Origin: Oscillospiraceae bacterium
GTDB taxonomy: Bacteria; Bacillota; Clostridia; Oscillospirales; Oscillospiraceae
Length of the DNA stretch: 28,009 nucleotides
Direction of reading: 5' to 3'
NCBI GenBank assembly: GCA_045645125.1
Contig: JAZRID010000266.1
Location: 1 to 28,009, forward strand
The translations under genes and the position numbers were made by a program. Under the pieces are notes generated by a model. It did no database searches. It saw nothing but the letters and a program-made list of their open reading frames with translations, and was not told the DNA's origin. How positions within the stretch are numbered: the first letter of the stretch is position 1; each line of letters begins with the position of its first letter. Positions 8,389 through 17,565 of this stretch are shown here, piece after piece.

Positions 8389-9233
8389 TCACTCTCACTC
8401 CCCTCGCCATTTGGCATGGCACAGTAGGCAGAAATGGCAATGGTCGCGCTGATATTCTCCCCACTCTGGTTCGTCACAGTCACCGTACCGCCGTAATATC
8501 CCATCTCAGCCTGCAACGCTTCCACTTGCAGTGTCAATCCCTCGTGGTTCACATACGGGATAAACACTGGCACATCGGCATAGCTCTGCGAGAAATAGAA
8601 CGGCAACGCCTGTGTCGTGTCCGAGCTGTAAGCCAGTGTACCGTACTCAATGCAATACGGCATTTCTGGCGTACTCGGTGTACTCGGCGTACCAATCCCA
8701 CCGCCATTTTCCAACAGTTTCTTCATTTCCTCCAGTGCCTCTGTTGCAGTTACAGCACTCTCACTCGCCAACTGTGCGGCTGTTTCTGTGCGCTGTACCA
8801 ATGCTTGCATCCCGTCATCGTATATACCGAGTGCCTCATAGATACGCTGTAGCTTGGCCATAATCTGCTCATAGATACCATCTGCAGGATTTCTCGCATC
8901 GCCCCCTGGCTCCGAACCTTCTCGTACCATGCCCAGCGTATCCCAAACACTCGTCATAATCTCGGTATCTGCGCTCACACCGTATACGCCCACTTCCAAC
9001 TGTCGCCCGATATGTTTACGGGTCAACAGTTCCCACGGCAACATACAGCAGTCATTCTCATCCACCAGTTCCGTGTGGGTTGTTGCGCCCACACGGAACA
9101 CAGCGGTTTTACTGAAGGGATGCCAGCTTTTATCGAAAGTGAAGTGGCATTTCTGGACATCCACCGCACCGACATACAGTGGCTCTGTGTCCTGCACGCT
9201 CACAATTTGACCGTCTACTTTTATCGCAATCAT
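8385..9233 (-). CDS. Tail/fibre protein with BppU-like N-terminal domain
   Basis: Pattern FTFDKSW...KTAVF...C.LPWE...VGVYG...P..GIYEQI typical of clostridial phage tail proteins. ATG 9233 has SD GGGGTG (alternative GTG start at 9242). Confidence 0.7.
   Translation of the reverse strand: MIAIKVDGQIVSVQDTEPLYVGAVDVQKCHFTFDKSWHPFSKTAVFRVGATTHTELVDENDCCMLPWELLTRKHIGRQLEVGVYGVSADTEIMTSVWDTLGMVREGSEPGGDARNPADGIYEQIMAKLQRIYEALGIYDDGMQALVQRTETAAQLASESAVTATEALEEMKKLLENGGGIGTPSTPSTPEMPYCIEYGTLAYSSDTTQALPFYFSQSYADVPVFIPYVNHEGLTLQVEALQAEMGYYGGTVTVTNQSGENISATIAISAYCAMPNGEGSESE
8668..8693. repeat. Three imperfect 9-bp tandem repeats encoding a TPSTPSTP linker
   Basis: GGCGTACTC-GGTGTACTC-GGCGTACC. Confidence 0.8.
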
Positions 9234-9247
9234 TTCGCTCACCCCCC

Positions 9248-9805
9248 TTACAGTCCGAAAAATACGATTTTCCCTGCATAGGATTGGTCCGTCGCCAGTG
9301 TGATACTGCCATCGGGATTATAGGTGACGCGGGTCGTCGCCGCGCCCCATGTACCGCTTCGATAGGTATTGTCCACCAGCTGATAAATGGTATAGCCGAA
9401 CGCCGAACGATTTCTCTTGTGTTCACTCGGCGCGATGGTCAGCGTCGCACCACCTGCCATAGAAAACCAGCTCCACTTTTGGAATTTCACTTCCACGCTC
9501 TGCACCGACAGTGGCACGCCACCGCCTGCCATCGTATCCATTTCCTCCTGTATGTGTGCGAGCGTTGCCGCGTGGGTGTCCAGTACACTCTGCATCGTTG
9601 TCGCCAGACCATTTTCGTCTGATGCGCCGAGGGAGGTGGCAGCAGTCTGTCCCTCCAATGTCGTCAGCAGTGTATTGATAAACTCCTTGACGGCATTCGG
9701 GTGATACTGCATATCTGCTCGTACCTGCACCTCACTGCTCTCATAGGTCGGAAAATCCTCCGCCCTTGTCCAATCTCGTTCATAGGTCAGTCTTGTAAAT
9801 GCCAT
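9248..9805 (-). CDS. Phage tail-associated structural protein (fibre anchor or needle-like)
   Basis: Directly follows the nozzle gene; N-terminal helical/coiled segment and beta-rich C-terminus. Confidence 0.5.
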   Translation of the reverse strand: MAFTRLTYERDWTRAEDFPTYESSEVQVRADMQYHPNAVKEFINTLLTTLEGQTAATSLGASDENGLATTMQSVLDTHAATLAHIQEEMDTMAGGGVPLSVQSVEVKFQKWSWFSMAGGATLTIAPSEHKRNRSAFGYTIYQLVDNTYRSGTWGAATTRVTYNPDGSITLATDQSYAGKIVFFGL

Positions 9806-9808
9806 TCT

Positions 9809-11668
9809 TTATCGTTCCCTCCCTTGATAGCGGTAGAATACCTGTGCGGAGATAACCGCCATATCCATACCAATTTCGTGATTACTCAACTCCATCGTAA
9901 AGTGGCGCACATGGCGACAGTTCGGTTTTCTTCGCGCCACGGTCGTAAATGCGTTCACACGCAAATCGCGGAAAGAGAGGTCATAGGGACACAGTCGCCA
10001 ACTGGTTGAACGCACTGGGGTCAAGTCCTTGCGATTCTCATAGTCCGTCATATAGGTGACATCCAGACTGGTATTCGTATCGCCACGCACCGCAAAAATA
10101 ACGCTCACGATATCCTTCAGGCGGTCATAGTCGCCCAGATACTGCGCCGCAAAGCGATATTTTTTCTCGATGGCCGTATCATAGTCCTGAAAATTACGGC
10201 ACATCGCGCTCACTTTTCCCTCTCCATCCAGATGCACGGTCGTTCTTCCTGCATTCAAAAAGGACTTCGCAGGGATATTCGTAAAGTAAAACCACACGGG
10301 ATTTGTGTAATTACTCAGTGCGTAGTCCCAGCAGTACACCTCACCGTCCGCCGCCAACCAGTACCGCTCTCCGTCGTCGTGACTACAAACCTGTTGTGCG
10401 TTTCGCAGGAGTGGCAACAAACCGTTATCCACTTTCCGACTCATGGGCGTAATATTATTTTCATAGGCAGACGAGCTATCCCGTACGATACAAATACCAT
10501 TTCTCGTACTGGCAAACACCAGATTATTCTCAATCAGTTGGATGCTCCTCGGCAGGTCACAGCCAATTGCCGCGTTAATCGCCGTATAGTTCATCGTGAG
10601 CAGGACGCGCCCATTCGCCATCTCTGTCATACTCAGGGTACTGCGTCCAATACTGCGCTCTTTGAAAATCACCAGCATATTCTGCTGTCTACCAAATCCT
10701 GTGATGGCATCCTGGGCATCCCCTGCAAAATTATATTGCTCCATGGGGAAGTAACCGGGGTCCATCACCGCATGGTTGCCACACCAGAAGTAGGCATTCG
10801 GCTGTGTCGCACCACCGCCCAGCACCACGCACACATTTTGGTCGCCACCGTACACCGTGGCACAGGGGCAGTCCATCACACTGCGGTATACTGTGGGGTT
10901 CGCCTTGGTATATGTAATCTGCACCGTATTGACGCGAACGGGTGCATGGTGGGGTGGCTCTACAGCAAAAGTCACTATTCCTGCGCCAAGGTCCACCTGA
11001 TACCCCTCGCCTTTGGTCAGGATAGTGCCATCCACACGCACCTCGTCCACACTTTCGACCGCCTGCACGGGCAAGTGGTACGCATTCACACCTGCGACGG
11101 TGGAATACCACACCGTTTTTTGGGCACTCAACCGATTTTCACTCTGGTATTCGTCACCCTGCGCTGTCGTGGGGTCTGTATTGATAAGAATAATCGGGGT
11201 ATACGCCACCACTTCCTCACAGGTGACAGTCGTACCATTCACCGCAATACCGTAGTAACCGCCTTGATTTTTGTAATACAGTTTCTCGCCATAGCGGAAC
11301 CAAGTGCCTGCACTCTCCCCCACACCACTGCGAATCTCCTGTAACACCACGCCGTTTTTTAGCATCGTCACCACATCCGTCTGGGGGATATACGCGCTAT
11401 ACAGCTTGTCCCCGCTGTGGAAAAAGGCATGGTCACGGAATACGCCTTCATAGGCGGTGTGCCCTATTCCACGCACTGCATCGTTCAAGTACACCTGCCC
11501 ATCTCGTGAGCACAGCGCACCATTCTGCCACCAGAGATTTTTCATCTCTGGACTTTCATTCGCATCCAGTCGATAGCCCAGTTCCCAAGTATTCAGTCCA
11601 CCGTCCAGTCTGGGAAAGCGTATCGTGTACTCTCTACTCGGCGGACTGGAAACTTTTATGCGTGCCAT
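9809..11668 (-). CDS. Podovirus tail nozzle (tail tubular protein B / P22 gp10-like)
   Basis: N-terminal FPRLDGGLN...NESPEMKNL...GALCSRDG signature; beta-propeller-like composition; follows the adaptor gene. SD AGGAGG. Confidence 0.75.
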   Translation of the reverse strand: MARIKVSSPPSREYTIRFPRLDGGLNTWELGYRLDANESPEMKNLWWQNGALCSRDGQVYLNDAVRGIGHTAYEGVFRDHAFFHSGDKLYSAYIPQTDVVTMLKNGVVLQEIRSGVGESAGTWFRYGEKLYYKNQGGYYGIAVNGTTVTCEEVVAYTPIILINTDPTTAQGDEYQSENRLSAQKTVWYSTVAGVNAYHLPVQAVESVDEVRVDGTILTKGEGYQVDLGAGIVTFAVEPPHHAPVRVNTVQITYTKANPTVYRSVMDCPCATVYGGDQNVCVVLGGGATQPNAYFWCGNHAVMDPGYFPMEQYNFAGDAQDAITGFGRQQNMLVIFKERSIGRSTLSMTEMANGRVLLTMNYTAINAAIGCDLPRSIQLIENNLVFASTRNGICIVRDSSSAYENNITPMSRKVDNGLLPLLRNAQQVCSHDDGERYWLAADGEVYCWDYALSNYTNPVWFYFTNIPAKSFLNAGRTTVHLDGEGKVSAMCRNFQDYDTAIEKKYRFAAQYLGDYDRLKDIVSVIFAVRGDTNTSLDVTYMTDYENRKDLTPVRSTSWRLCPYDLSFRDLRVNAFTTVARRKPNCRHVRHFTMELSNHEIGMDMAVISAQVFYRYQGRER

Positions 11669-11680
11669 ACGCTCCCCTCC

Positions 11681-12286
11681 TTACTGTGCATACGCATCCT
11701 CGACAACCCCACATTCCGTATGGGGGTGCTTTTGCAACTGTGCCAATCGCGTCTGATATTCCGTATGGAGAGTGGAAAACAGGAAAGTATCCTCCTGCAT
11801 CACCAGACAGGATGCCACATAGTACGGCAGAGCCATCTGCACCGCTGGAATATTGTCCAGTTCATCTGTATCCCTTGGCGCACTGCCCAACAATCTGGGA
11901 TAGCGGAAATACTCCACATACAGTTCTCCAGACATCCCTTTCGGCACAGCAAACTGCTGATTCCCCACCAGATGATAGCGATGGAACCGCTGAAACAGTT
12001 CACCATCATAGCGAATCAGACCTGTACTGCACATCTGCCAACAGTCTTTTGGCAGGGTATACACCAACCACGCGCCATTTTCATCACAGCGCAGGGCGGT
12101 CAATGGCTCCAGATGTCGAATCGGTGCAACGGTCGTGGCAACCTGCACCTGTGCATCGTCCAACAGCTTCGGAATCCGCGCCAGCGCATCCGCCTGATTG
12201 TTATAATGGATTGGCACAGGCGTTCCTGCCACGCTATACTGCCCAATCAGCTGTAGCGCAAAATCTCTTGCCCATTGATAAGTCAT
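11681..12286 (-). CDS. Head-tail adaptor (tail tubular protein A / P22 gp4-like)
   Basis: About 200 aa, helical termini, YTLPKD and YFRYP motifs, and ALPYYVAS near the C-terminus; lies just upstream of the nozzle gene. Confidence 0.7.
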   Translation of the reverse strand: MTYQWARDFALQLIGQYSVAGTPVPIHYNNQADALARIPKLLDDAQVQVATTVAPIRHLEPLTALRCDENGAWLVYTLPKDCWQMCSTGLIRYDGELFQRFHRYHLVGNQQFAVPKGMSGELYVEYFRYPRLLGSAPRDTDELDNIPAVQMALPYYVASCLVMQEDTFLFSTLHTEYQTRLAQLQKHPHTECGVVEDAYAQ

Positions 12287-12298
12287 GCCTCTCCCCCC

Positions 12299-14143
12299 TT
12301 ATCTGTCCTGTTGTTGGAGTTGTCGCAAGGCATTTTTCGCCACGGTAGGCAAACCGCTATACTTCGTCTGCATCCCGACGGGCAGTGTCGCCACTGTCTT
12401 ATCCTCGCTCAGAGGACCACCAATCAACGGCTGTTCTTCCCCGCGGTTCCGCACGGCAGACTGCTTTTTCTCCACAGCATTCCGCTCAATTCTTTGTCGC
12501 ATCTCCTGCACCAATTCGGCCTTGCGCGGAATCAATTTGTCGGGGATACGCTCCAGATAGTCGATAATCTCCAAAGTACCATCGCGGCGCAAATTATCCA
12601 AAGTCTGCACCATTGCAATTTCACTGTAGTAGGTCGTTGCACCTGCATTCACGCGCACATTAAACCACAAATTTTTGAACTTGCTAAAGTCGTACGACTG
12701 TGCCACACGGCGTGTCACACTGTTCGTTTTCATGCGACCCGTTGCGCTGTCAATGACAGGTATCTGCTGTCCGTTGGTTGCCAGTTCCTCAAATCTACGG
12801 TCACGCACCACAGTACGCACGCCGTAATAAGTCCCCATCATATCTAGCAAAATCGCGCCGATATCCTCCAACCACTCGTACAACCCTGCACGAATATTTT
12901 CCAAAGGCACTTCCGCACTGGACTGTAGCACCATCAGCGCGCTGGTATTGTCTGGTCTGACATTGCCCAGCTGTGCATCCGTTGCGCCCAGGCAGTCCTT
13001 CGTATAGCTCACCGCCTTGTCGATAGCCATAATAATCTGGTTCGACATATCCGCAGGTTGTAGATTATACGCCACCTGTGAAATACTCTGTCCAGGCATC
13101 AGACCACGCACACCAATCGCCTGTCCCACCTCGTTACTCCACTGGCTAATTAAATCCGCGTTATAGACTGTCTTGGGGAAGCCCATCAGCTGTAGGTGGC
13201 GCATCACCATCGCAAACATGGTGTTAATAAAAATCTGATTTGGGATAATCCCTGTGACAAGGGCACGGCCGTGGTACTGATTTTTCTGTCGTTCCCAGTT
13301 GCCCCATGCAATTGGATAGCGACGCAGACCCGTATCGATCTCCTCATAGATGACACAATTCTTTGTGGCTTTTGTGACACGAACCGTACCATCCTTCTTT
13401 TCATACAGATACACATACAACGCCTTGCCGTTTTCATCGTCACTATTCAGTTCGGTTCTACCGCCAATGCCCACCTGTTCTAATACATCACTATCTGCGT
13501 CAATGACATTCCAGTGGTCTTTCGTTTCGTGTATTCTGCGTTCCGCCTCCAGATTCTCCACACTGTCACGGCCTACAATCAGGATATACGGCTGTTTTTC
13601 TACATCTGCAACATTCGGATTGCCAAACATCACATTGATGCCATCCACCAATTCCATGCAGATTTCTCCGCGCTGTTTTCCAAACGCACCGCCGTAGGGA
13701 ATCGCATTGGCATCCCAGTAAAAATGAGCGCAGTAGTCGCCCGTCTGTGCGCCGTCAAACAGTGCCTCACGGATGCGGTAGTCCATCTTGAATTTTTCCA
13801 ACAGGTTTTGGACCTCTGCCGTTGCAATCGCGGCCGCATTTTCGCCCTCTTTTCCACCGTGGGAAGTATCTGAACTGGCATAATAGCTCAATTCATCGAA
13901 ACTAATGGACGCGGCACTACTGGTCAGACTGGCAACGAACAGGCTCGCCACACGCTTCACAATATTAAAGGTGGGCTTGGGTAACTTCTGCATCGCCCCT
14001 GTGTGTGGCAGATTTATCCACTGATTTCCCGAAAAAAATTCAACATTCGTATTCACGAGGTCATACTGGTTCGGGACAAGGCGCGTGTTATAGGTACGCC
14101 CCTGTTCATACCGTTCCCATGCCTTTGTCATTTTTTCGCTCAC
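12299..14143 (-). CDS. Portal protein (P22-like)
   Basis: 614 aa; FFSGNQW, PTFNI.KR, NQIFIN and GATDAQLG segments resemble podoviral portals. GTGA overlap with the upstream gene. Confidence 0.8.
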   Translation of the reverse strand: MSEKMTKAWERYEQGRTYNTRLVPNQYDLVNTNVEFFSGNQWINLPHTGAMQKLPKPTFNIVKRVASLFVASLTSSAASISFDELSYYASSDTSHGGKEGENAAAIATAEVQNLLEKFKMDYRIREALFDGAQTGDYCAHFYWDANAIPYGGAFGKQRGEICMELVDGINVMFGNPNVADVEKQPYILIVGRDSVENLEAERRIHETKDHWNVIDADSDVLEQVGIGGRTELNSDDENGKALYVYLYEKKDGTVRVTKATKNCVIYEEIDTGLRRYPIAWGNWERQKNQYHGRALVTGIIPNQIFINTMFAMVMRHLQLMGFPKTVYNADLISQWSNEVGQAIGVRGLMPGQSISQVAYNLQPADMSNQIIMAIDKAVSYTKDCLGATDAQLGNVRPDNTSALMVLQSSAEVPLENIRAGLYEWLEDIGAILLDMMGTYYGVRTVVRDRRFEELATNGQQIPVIDSATGRMKTNSVTRRVAQSYDFSKFKNLWFNVRVNAGATTYYSEIAMVQTLDNLRRDGTLEIIDYLERIPDKLIPRKAELVQEMRQRIERNAVEKKQSAVRNRGEEQPLIGGPLSEDKTVATLPVGMQTKYSGLPTVAKNALRQLQQQDR

Positions 14144-14397
14144 TCCGCCTCACCTCCCTGTAGGATATCCATGTTTGCCATGCCATACGCCGTATCTTGG
14201 TTGTAACGAAGCATCTCCTCAAACGCCTGTTGCTGTGCCACCAGCTGTCTGTTCTGTTCCTGCGTCCATTCTTCCGCCGTCTTTCTTCTGCTATAGTGGC
14301 GGAACATCTCATGCGCTTTCCAGCCCCAATATCCGCCGAGCAAGAGCAGTCCGAGGACAGCTACCATACCGCCTGCGCCATACATCAGGTAAATCAC
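14140..14397 (-). CDS. Small single-TM phage protein
   Basis: SD GGAGG; N-terminal hydrophobic helix; translationally coupled to the portal gene. Confidence 0.7.
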   Translation of the reverse strand: MIYLMYGAGGMVAVLGLLLLGGYWGWKAHEMFRHYSRRKTAEEWTQEQNRQLVAQQQAFEEMLRYNQDTAYGMANMDILQGGEAE

Positions 14398-14425
14398 ATC
14401 ATCGCCTCCCTGCTTTTGATTTCAT

Positions 14426-14451
14426 GCCTCCCCCTGCGAACAAGGGGAGGC
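14426..14451 (-). promoter_or_regulatory. GC-rich hairpin after the capsid gene, with no U-tract (mRNA stabiliser or attenuator)
   Basis: GCCTCCCCTTG-TTCG-CAGGGGGAGGC on the minus strand, 11-bp stem with one G-U pair. Confidence 0.65.
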
Positions 14452-14463
14452 GTTTGGCTTTTA

Positions 14464-15585
14464 TCAACCGATATGCAGGATGGCATCACCGACGGCGATG
14501 GGCATACCCTCCGCATCGACCTCGACCACACGCACGATGGCATGACCGTCAGAGGGGGTAACTTCCCTGCTGTTGCCACTCAGTTCGGTCCACTCCGCGG
14601 TGGTAATCTCACTTCCATAGGTAACAGCAGTCAGGTTGTCGGCAGACGCGGCGGTAACATAGTAACGCTTGTCGCCCTCCTTCTCACTGCTCACGATGAT
14701 GGTGCTCTTACCGTTGGCAGACGCGGCGGTGCCAACGATGAGGTCCTTCAGCACAGGCTGAGAGCCGTGGTAGTAGATGGCATCCGCCTTTTCGCTCAAC
14801 ACGAAGCAGTCATAGATGAGGCGACCCTCGACCAACCAACCAGAGATGCCAGGAGGATTGTCGTGAATCTTGTAGTCGCTCAACTGCTTGGGGGCGGTGG
14901 AGGCAATCTTATGGGTAATCAGGAATGCCGCACCAGCAGGCAGTCTGCTGGAGGGAACTTTCACAATCTTACAGCCGTCCACCTCACCGATAACGCCCTT
15001 TTCGAGCATCTCCTGTCGTTTGTCGCCGTAGTTGACAAACGCACTGTCCTGCTTCAGGAAGTTGGCAAACTTATAGGAGCAGAAGCACACGCGACCCTTG
15101 TCGGGTACATTGTGGTTGCCCAGATACTCCATACCATTCAGAAATGCCTCATACGCATTGTTCTTGGTAATGGCGGTGGTGGCATACGCGCCATGCTTGG
15201 TGGCCGCCGCCGCGAGGGTCTTAAACACATAGGTATCAAACTCAGGCACGCACACCTCACGAATCTGGCGGTTCAACGCCTTGCCAGCATCGCTCACCAT
15301 CTCGCTCTGGAGCTTATCACCCTTGTCGATGATAAAGGTAAACGCTCTGTCGCGTCTGACCGTCAGCTCCTGCACATTGCGCGTCAAATCGCTCGCACTG
15401 CCGTAGCGGTTCGCGCCACTGCGCTGGTAGTCGCCCATCGGGACAATGGGCACGGAATAGACCTTGACGGTCTGTACACCAGTAAACTGGTGGTCGTTAC
15501 TCAGGGCCAGCACCGCCTGACTTTCACGGTGGAAACGCTCATCCACCTGCTTGCTGTACTTACTTGCGAGGTTAATCATAGGCAT
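14464..15585 (-). CDS. Major capsid protein (N4-gp56-like HK97 fold) with a C-terminal extension
   Basis: Pattern INLASKYS..VDERF, DY.RSG.NRYG, RDRAFTFIID and GWLVEGRLIYDCFVL. SD AAAGGAG. Confidence 0.9.
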   Translation of the reverse strand: MPMINLASKYSKQVDERFHRESQAVLALSNDHQFTGVQTVKVYSVPIVPMGDYQRSGANRYGSASDLTRNVQELTVRRDRAFTFIIDKGDKLQSEMVSDAGKALNRQIREVCVPEFDTYVFKTLAAAATKHGAYATTAITKNNAYEAFLNGMEYLGNHNVPDKGRVCFCSYKFANFLKQDSAFVNYGDKRQEMLEKGVIGEVDGCKIVKVPSSRLPAGAAFLITHKIASTAPKQLSDYKIHDNPPGISGWLVEGRLIYDCFVLSEKADAIYYHGSQPVLKDLIVGTAASANGKSTIIVSSEKEGDKRYYVTAASADNLTAVTYGSEITTAEWTELSGNSREVTPSDGHAIVRVVEVDAEGMPIAVGDAILHIG

Positions 15586-15609
15586 GATACTATCTCTCCT
15601 TTGTTATCG

Positions 15610-16059
15610 TTAGTCCTCGGCAAAGAGGCCTTCCAGGAAGGGGTCTTTGCCCTTGGCATTGGTACTACCGCCCAGCACCGTACCCTTGACGGGTGCCTTA
15701 TTGGCGGCGGTCATATTCTGTTTCAGAATCTCATTCTCTCGACGCATCTGCTCCAGTTCCTCCTGTGCCTGTCGCATCGCGTACTCGGCATAGGCGACCT
15801 GCAAGGGGATATGTTCCTTGACGCAGGTGGCAATGACCGCCTTTGGCAGACCTTCGCCCTGTGCAAAGCCATGACGCAGATGGGGATGGCGTTCCAGCAG
15901 GGCAGTCACCTCACGGCGAAACTCCTCCGCCGTCATGCCATTCTTCTGCTCGGCATAGGACAGCTTTTCTCTGCCGTCCTCCTCATACGCCTGTGCCGTG
16001 CCAATCCAACTCTTTTCGCACACAGGCATGGTCATCATTTCTTTCTGTTTGTTCTTCAT
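15610..16059 (-). CDS. Short capsid scaffolding protein
   Basis: Directly upstream of the capsid gene; coiled coil, then a flexible tail ending DPFLEGLF. SD AAGGAGG. Confidence 0.7.
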   Translation of the reverse strand: MKNKQKEMMTMPVCEKSWIGTAQAYEEDGREKLSYAEQKNGMTAEEFRREVTALLERHPHLRHGFAQGEGLPKAVIATCVKEHIPLQVAYAEYAMRQAQEELEQMRRENEILKQNMTAANKAPVKGTVLGGSTNAKGKDPFLEGLFAED

Positions 16060-16068
16060 ACTTCCTCC

Positions 16069-17565
16069 TTAGAAATAACAGGTTGAATAGGTATCATACA
16101 GGGCATCTCCGTCCAGTGTGATTCGGGTCAACTCGTCCTCCTCATCACTGGATGCCACTATATTTTCTTGGTATTCTCCCGAGGCGTGGAGCAAATAACT
16201 GATGGCCTGTGTCGCGCTGTCCACCATGTCATCATGTTTCCCAACTGGAAAAGCTGTGAACTGGTCCACAAACGCACCAACCCACTCCTCTCCTCGAGGC
16301 AGGTAGATATGTCCCGACTCAATCGCTGGGGAAACTGCATTCACACGCGCCTCTTTTCCGCCCAACGGTGTCACTGGCACACAGAACATCTCTTTCTGCA
16401 AAGTTTGTATGATGGCACTGCCGTTCGCCTTGTCCTCAATCAAGACGGTCAACGCCTGCGGATACAGCGTACGCACCATACGAATCGCGCGGATAGTCTG
16501 GGGAAAATCCATATGTCTATTCAGGCAGTAGCGCAAGTAGTAATCATTTCCCATTTTGCCCCACACCTCAATCGCAACGAAGTCGTTCCGCTCTCCACCC
16601 TTGAAGGCGGCATCCACGGAGATAACCTCTCTGGCAAACCGTGTGATTTGGTCGGTATCGTAGTACCGCCACCAACTGCGCTTTACCAGTCCCCCCTCCT
16701 CCACACGGGGCGCGCACTGATACAGTGCTGTCCATGCGCGCTCTCCGCCCTGTGCATCGCTCAGGTAACTGCGTTTGAACTGTTGTAGCCACTTGTTATC
16801 TTTCCCCAGTTCTGGGCACAGTGCCTCTCCCACCGCACGCCCCAACGGGTCATCCTCCTCCGCCTCCACAGGCAGACGCACCAGACGAATATTCTCCTCT
16901 GCCACCAACAATCTGGCCGCCAAATCATCCTCGTGCCACGGTGTCATAATCACGACTACCTTCGCACCAGCCGCCAGACGCGACTTCAGCGAACTCAGCC
17001 ACTCGTTCCAAATCTGGGCACGGCGCGACTCACTGTCCGCCTCAGTGCGATTTTTAATCGGGTCGTCGATAATCAGGAGATTCGCACTATTGCCCGTAAT
17101 CCCAGCCAGCATACCACGGCTAATCAATCGCCCAGGTACGCACCCCTTGTTTGCTTTCAGCTCAAACTCTGTCGCACGGTTAATCGGGCCAATGGTAACC
17201 CCAAACAAAATCTCTCCAAAGGTACTCACTTTTTCCTTGTTCCGTCTGGCAAATCGCTCCGCGCTATCATCGTTATAACTCGCGAGAATCACGCGCCAGT
17301 TCGGATGGCGACCCATGCACCAACTTGGGAGAGCCTCTGTCACATTCATACTCTTTCCATGTTGGGGTGGTGTTTCCAGAATCAGGATATCGTACGCGTT
17401 CCCCGTATCGGTTTCTACAAACTTCTGCAACTCCTGCGCCACATAGGTAGCAAATCGAGTACGCTTCCACCCCTCTCCGTTGACATAGGCGAGGTAATCA
17501 ATGTAATTTCGTCTAGCCAATTCGCGCCGTGCCAATTCTGCGCGGATGCTCTGTGTCGCGCTCAT
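16069..17565 (-). CDS. Terminase large subunit
   Basis: Walker A PPQHGKS, Walker B LLIIDDP, coupling motif IMTPWH, and nuclease motifs SVDAA and HDDMVDS. Confidence 0.95.
   Translation of the reverse strand: MSATQSIRAELARRELARRNYIDYLAYVNGEGWKRTRFATYVAQELQKFVETDTGNAYDILILETPPQHGKSMNVTEALPSWCMGRHPNWRVILASYNDDSAERFARRNKEKVSTFGEILFGVTIGPINRATEFELKANKGCVPGRLISRGMLAGITGNSANLLIIDDPIKNRTEADSESRRAQIWNEWLSSLKSRLAAGAKVVVIMTPWHEDDLAARLLVAEENIRLVRLPVEAEEDDPLGRAVGEALCPELGKDNKWLQQFKRSYLSDAQGGERAWTALYQCAPRVEEGGLVKRSWWRYYDTDQITRFAREVISVDAAFKGGERNDFVAIEVWGKMGNDYYLRYCLNRHMDFPQTIRAIRMVRTLYPQALTVLIEDKANGSAIIQTLQKEMFCVPVTPLGGKEARVNAVSPAIESGHIYLPRGEEWVGAFVDQFTAFPVGKHDDMVDSATQAISYLLHASGEYQENIVASSDEEDELTRITLDGDALYDTYSTCYF

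Noticed and set aside
10232-12348. 370-aa and 280-aa plus-strand ORFs, and similar antisense ORFs over the tail, terminase, arc and peptidase genes
   Set aside because: Shadows of well-supported minus-strand genes with no independent signals.
14416-14449. TTGAT (a known TnpB TAM) next to the hairpin resembling the omegaRNA guide, suggesting TnpB targets the capsid operon
   Set aside because: The TAM-proximal bases (TTCATGCC) do not match the guide seed (GCAAGAAA), and this element's TAM is unknown.
14197-16086. 629-aa plus-strand ORF
   Set aside because: Antisense shadow of the scaffold and capsid genes; no SD or recognisable motifs; explained by biased codon usage on the coding strand.
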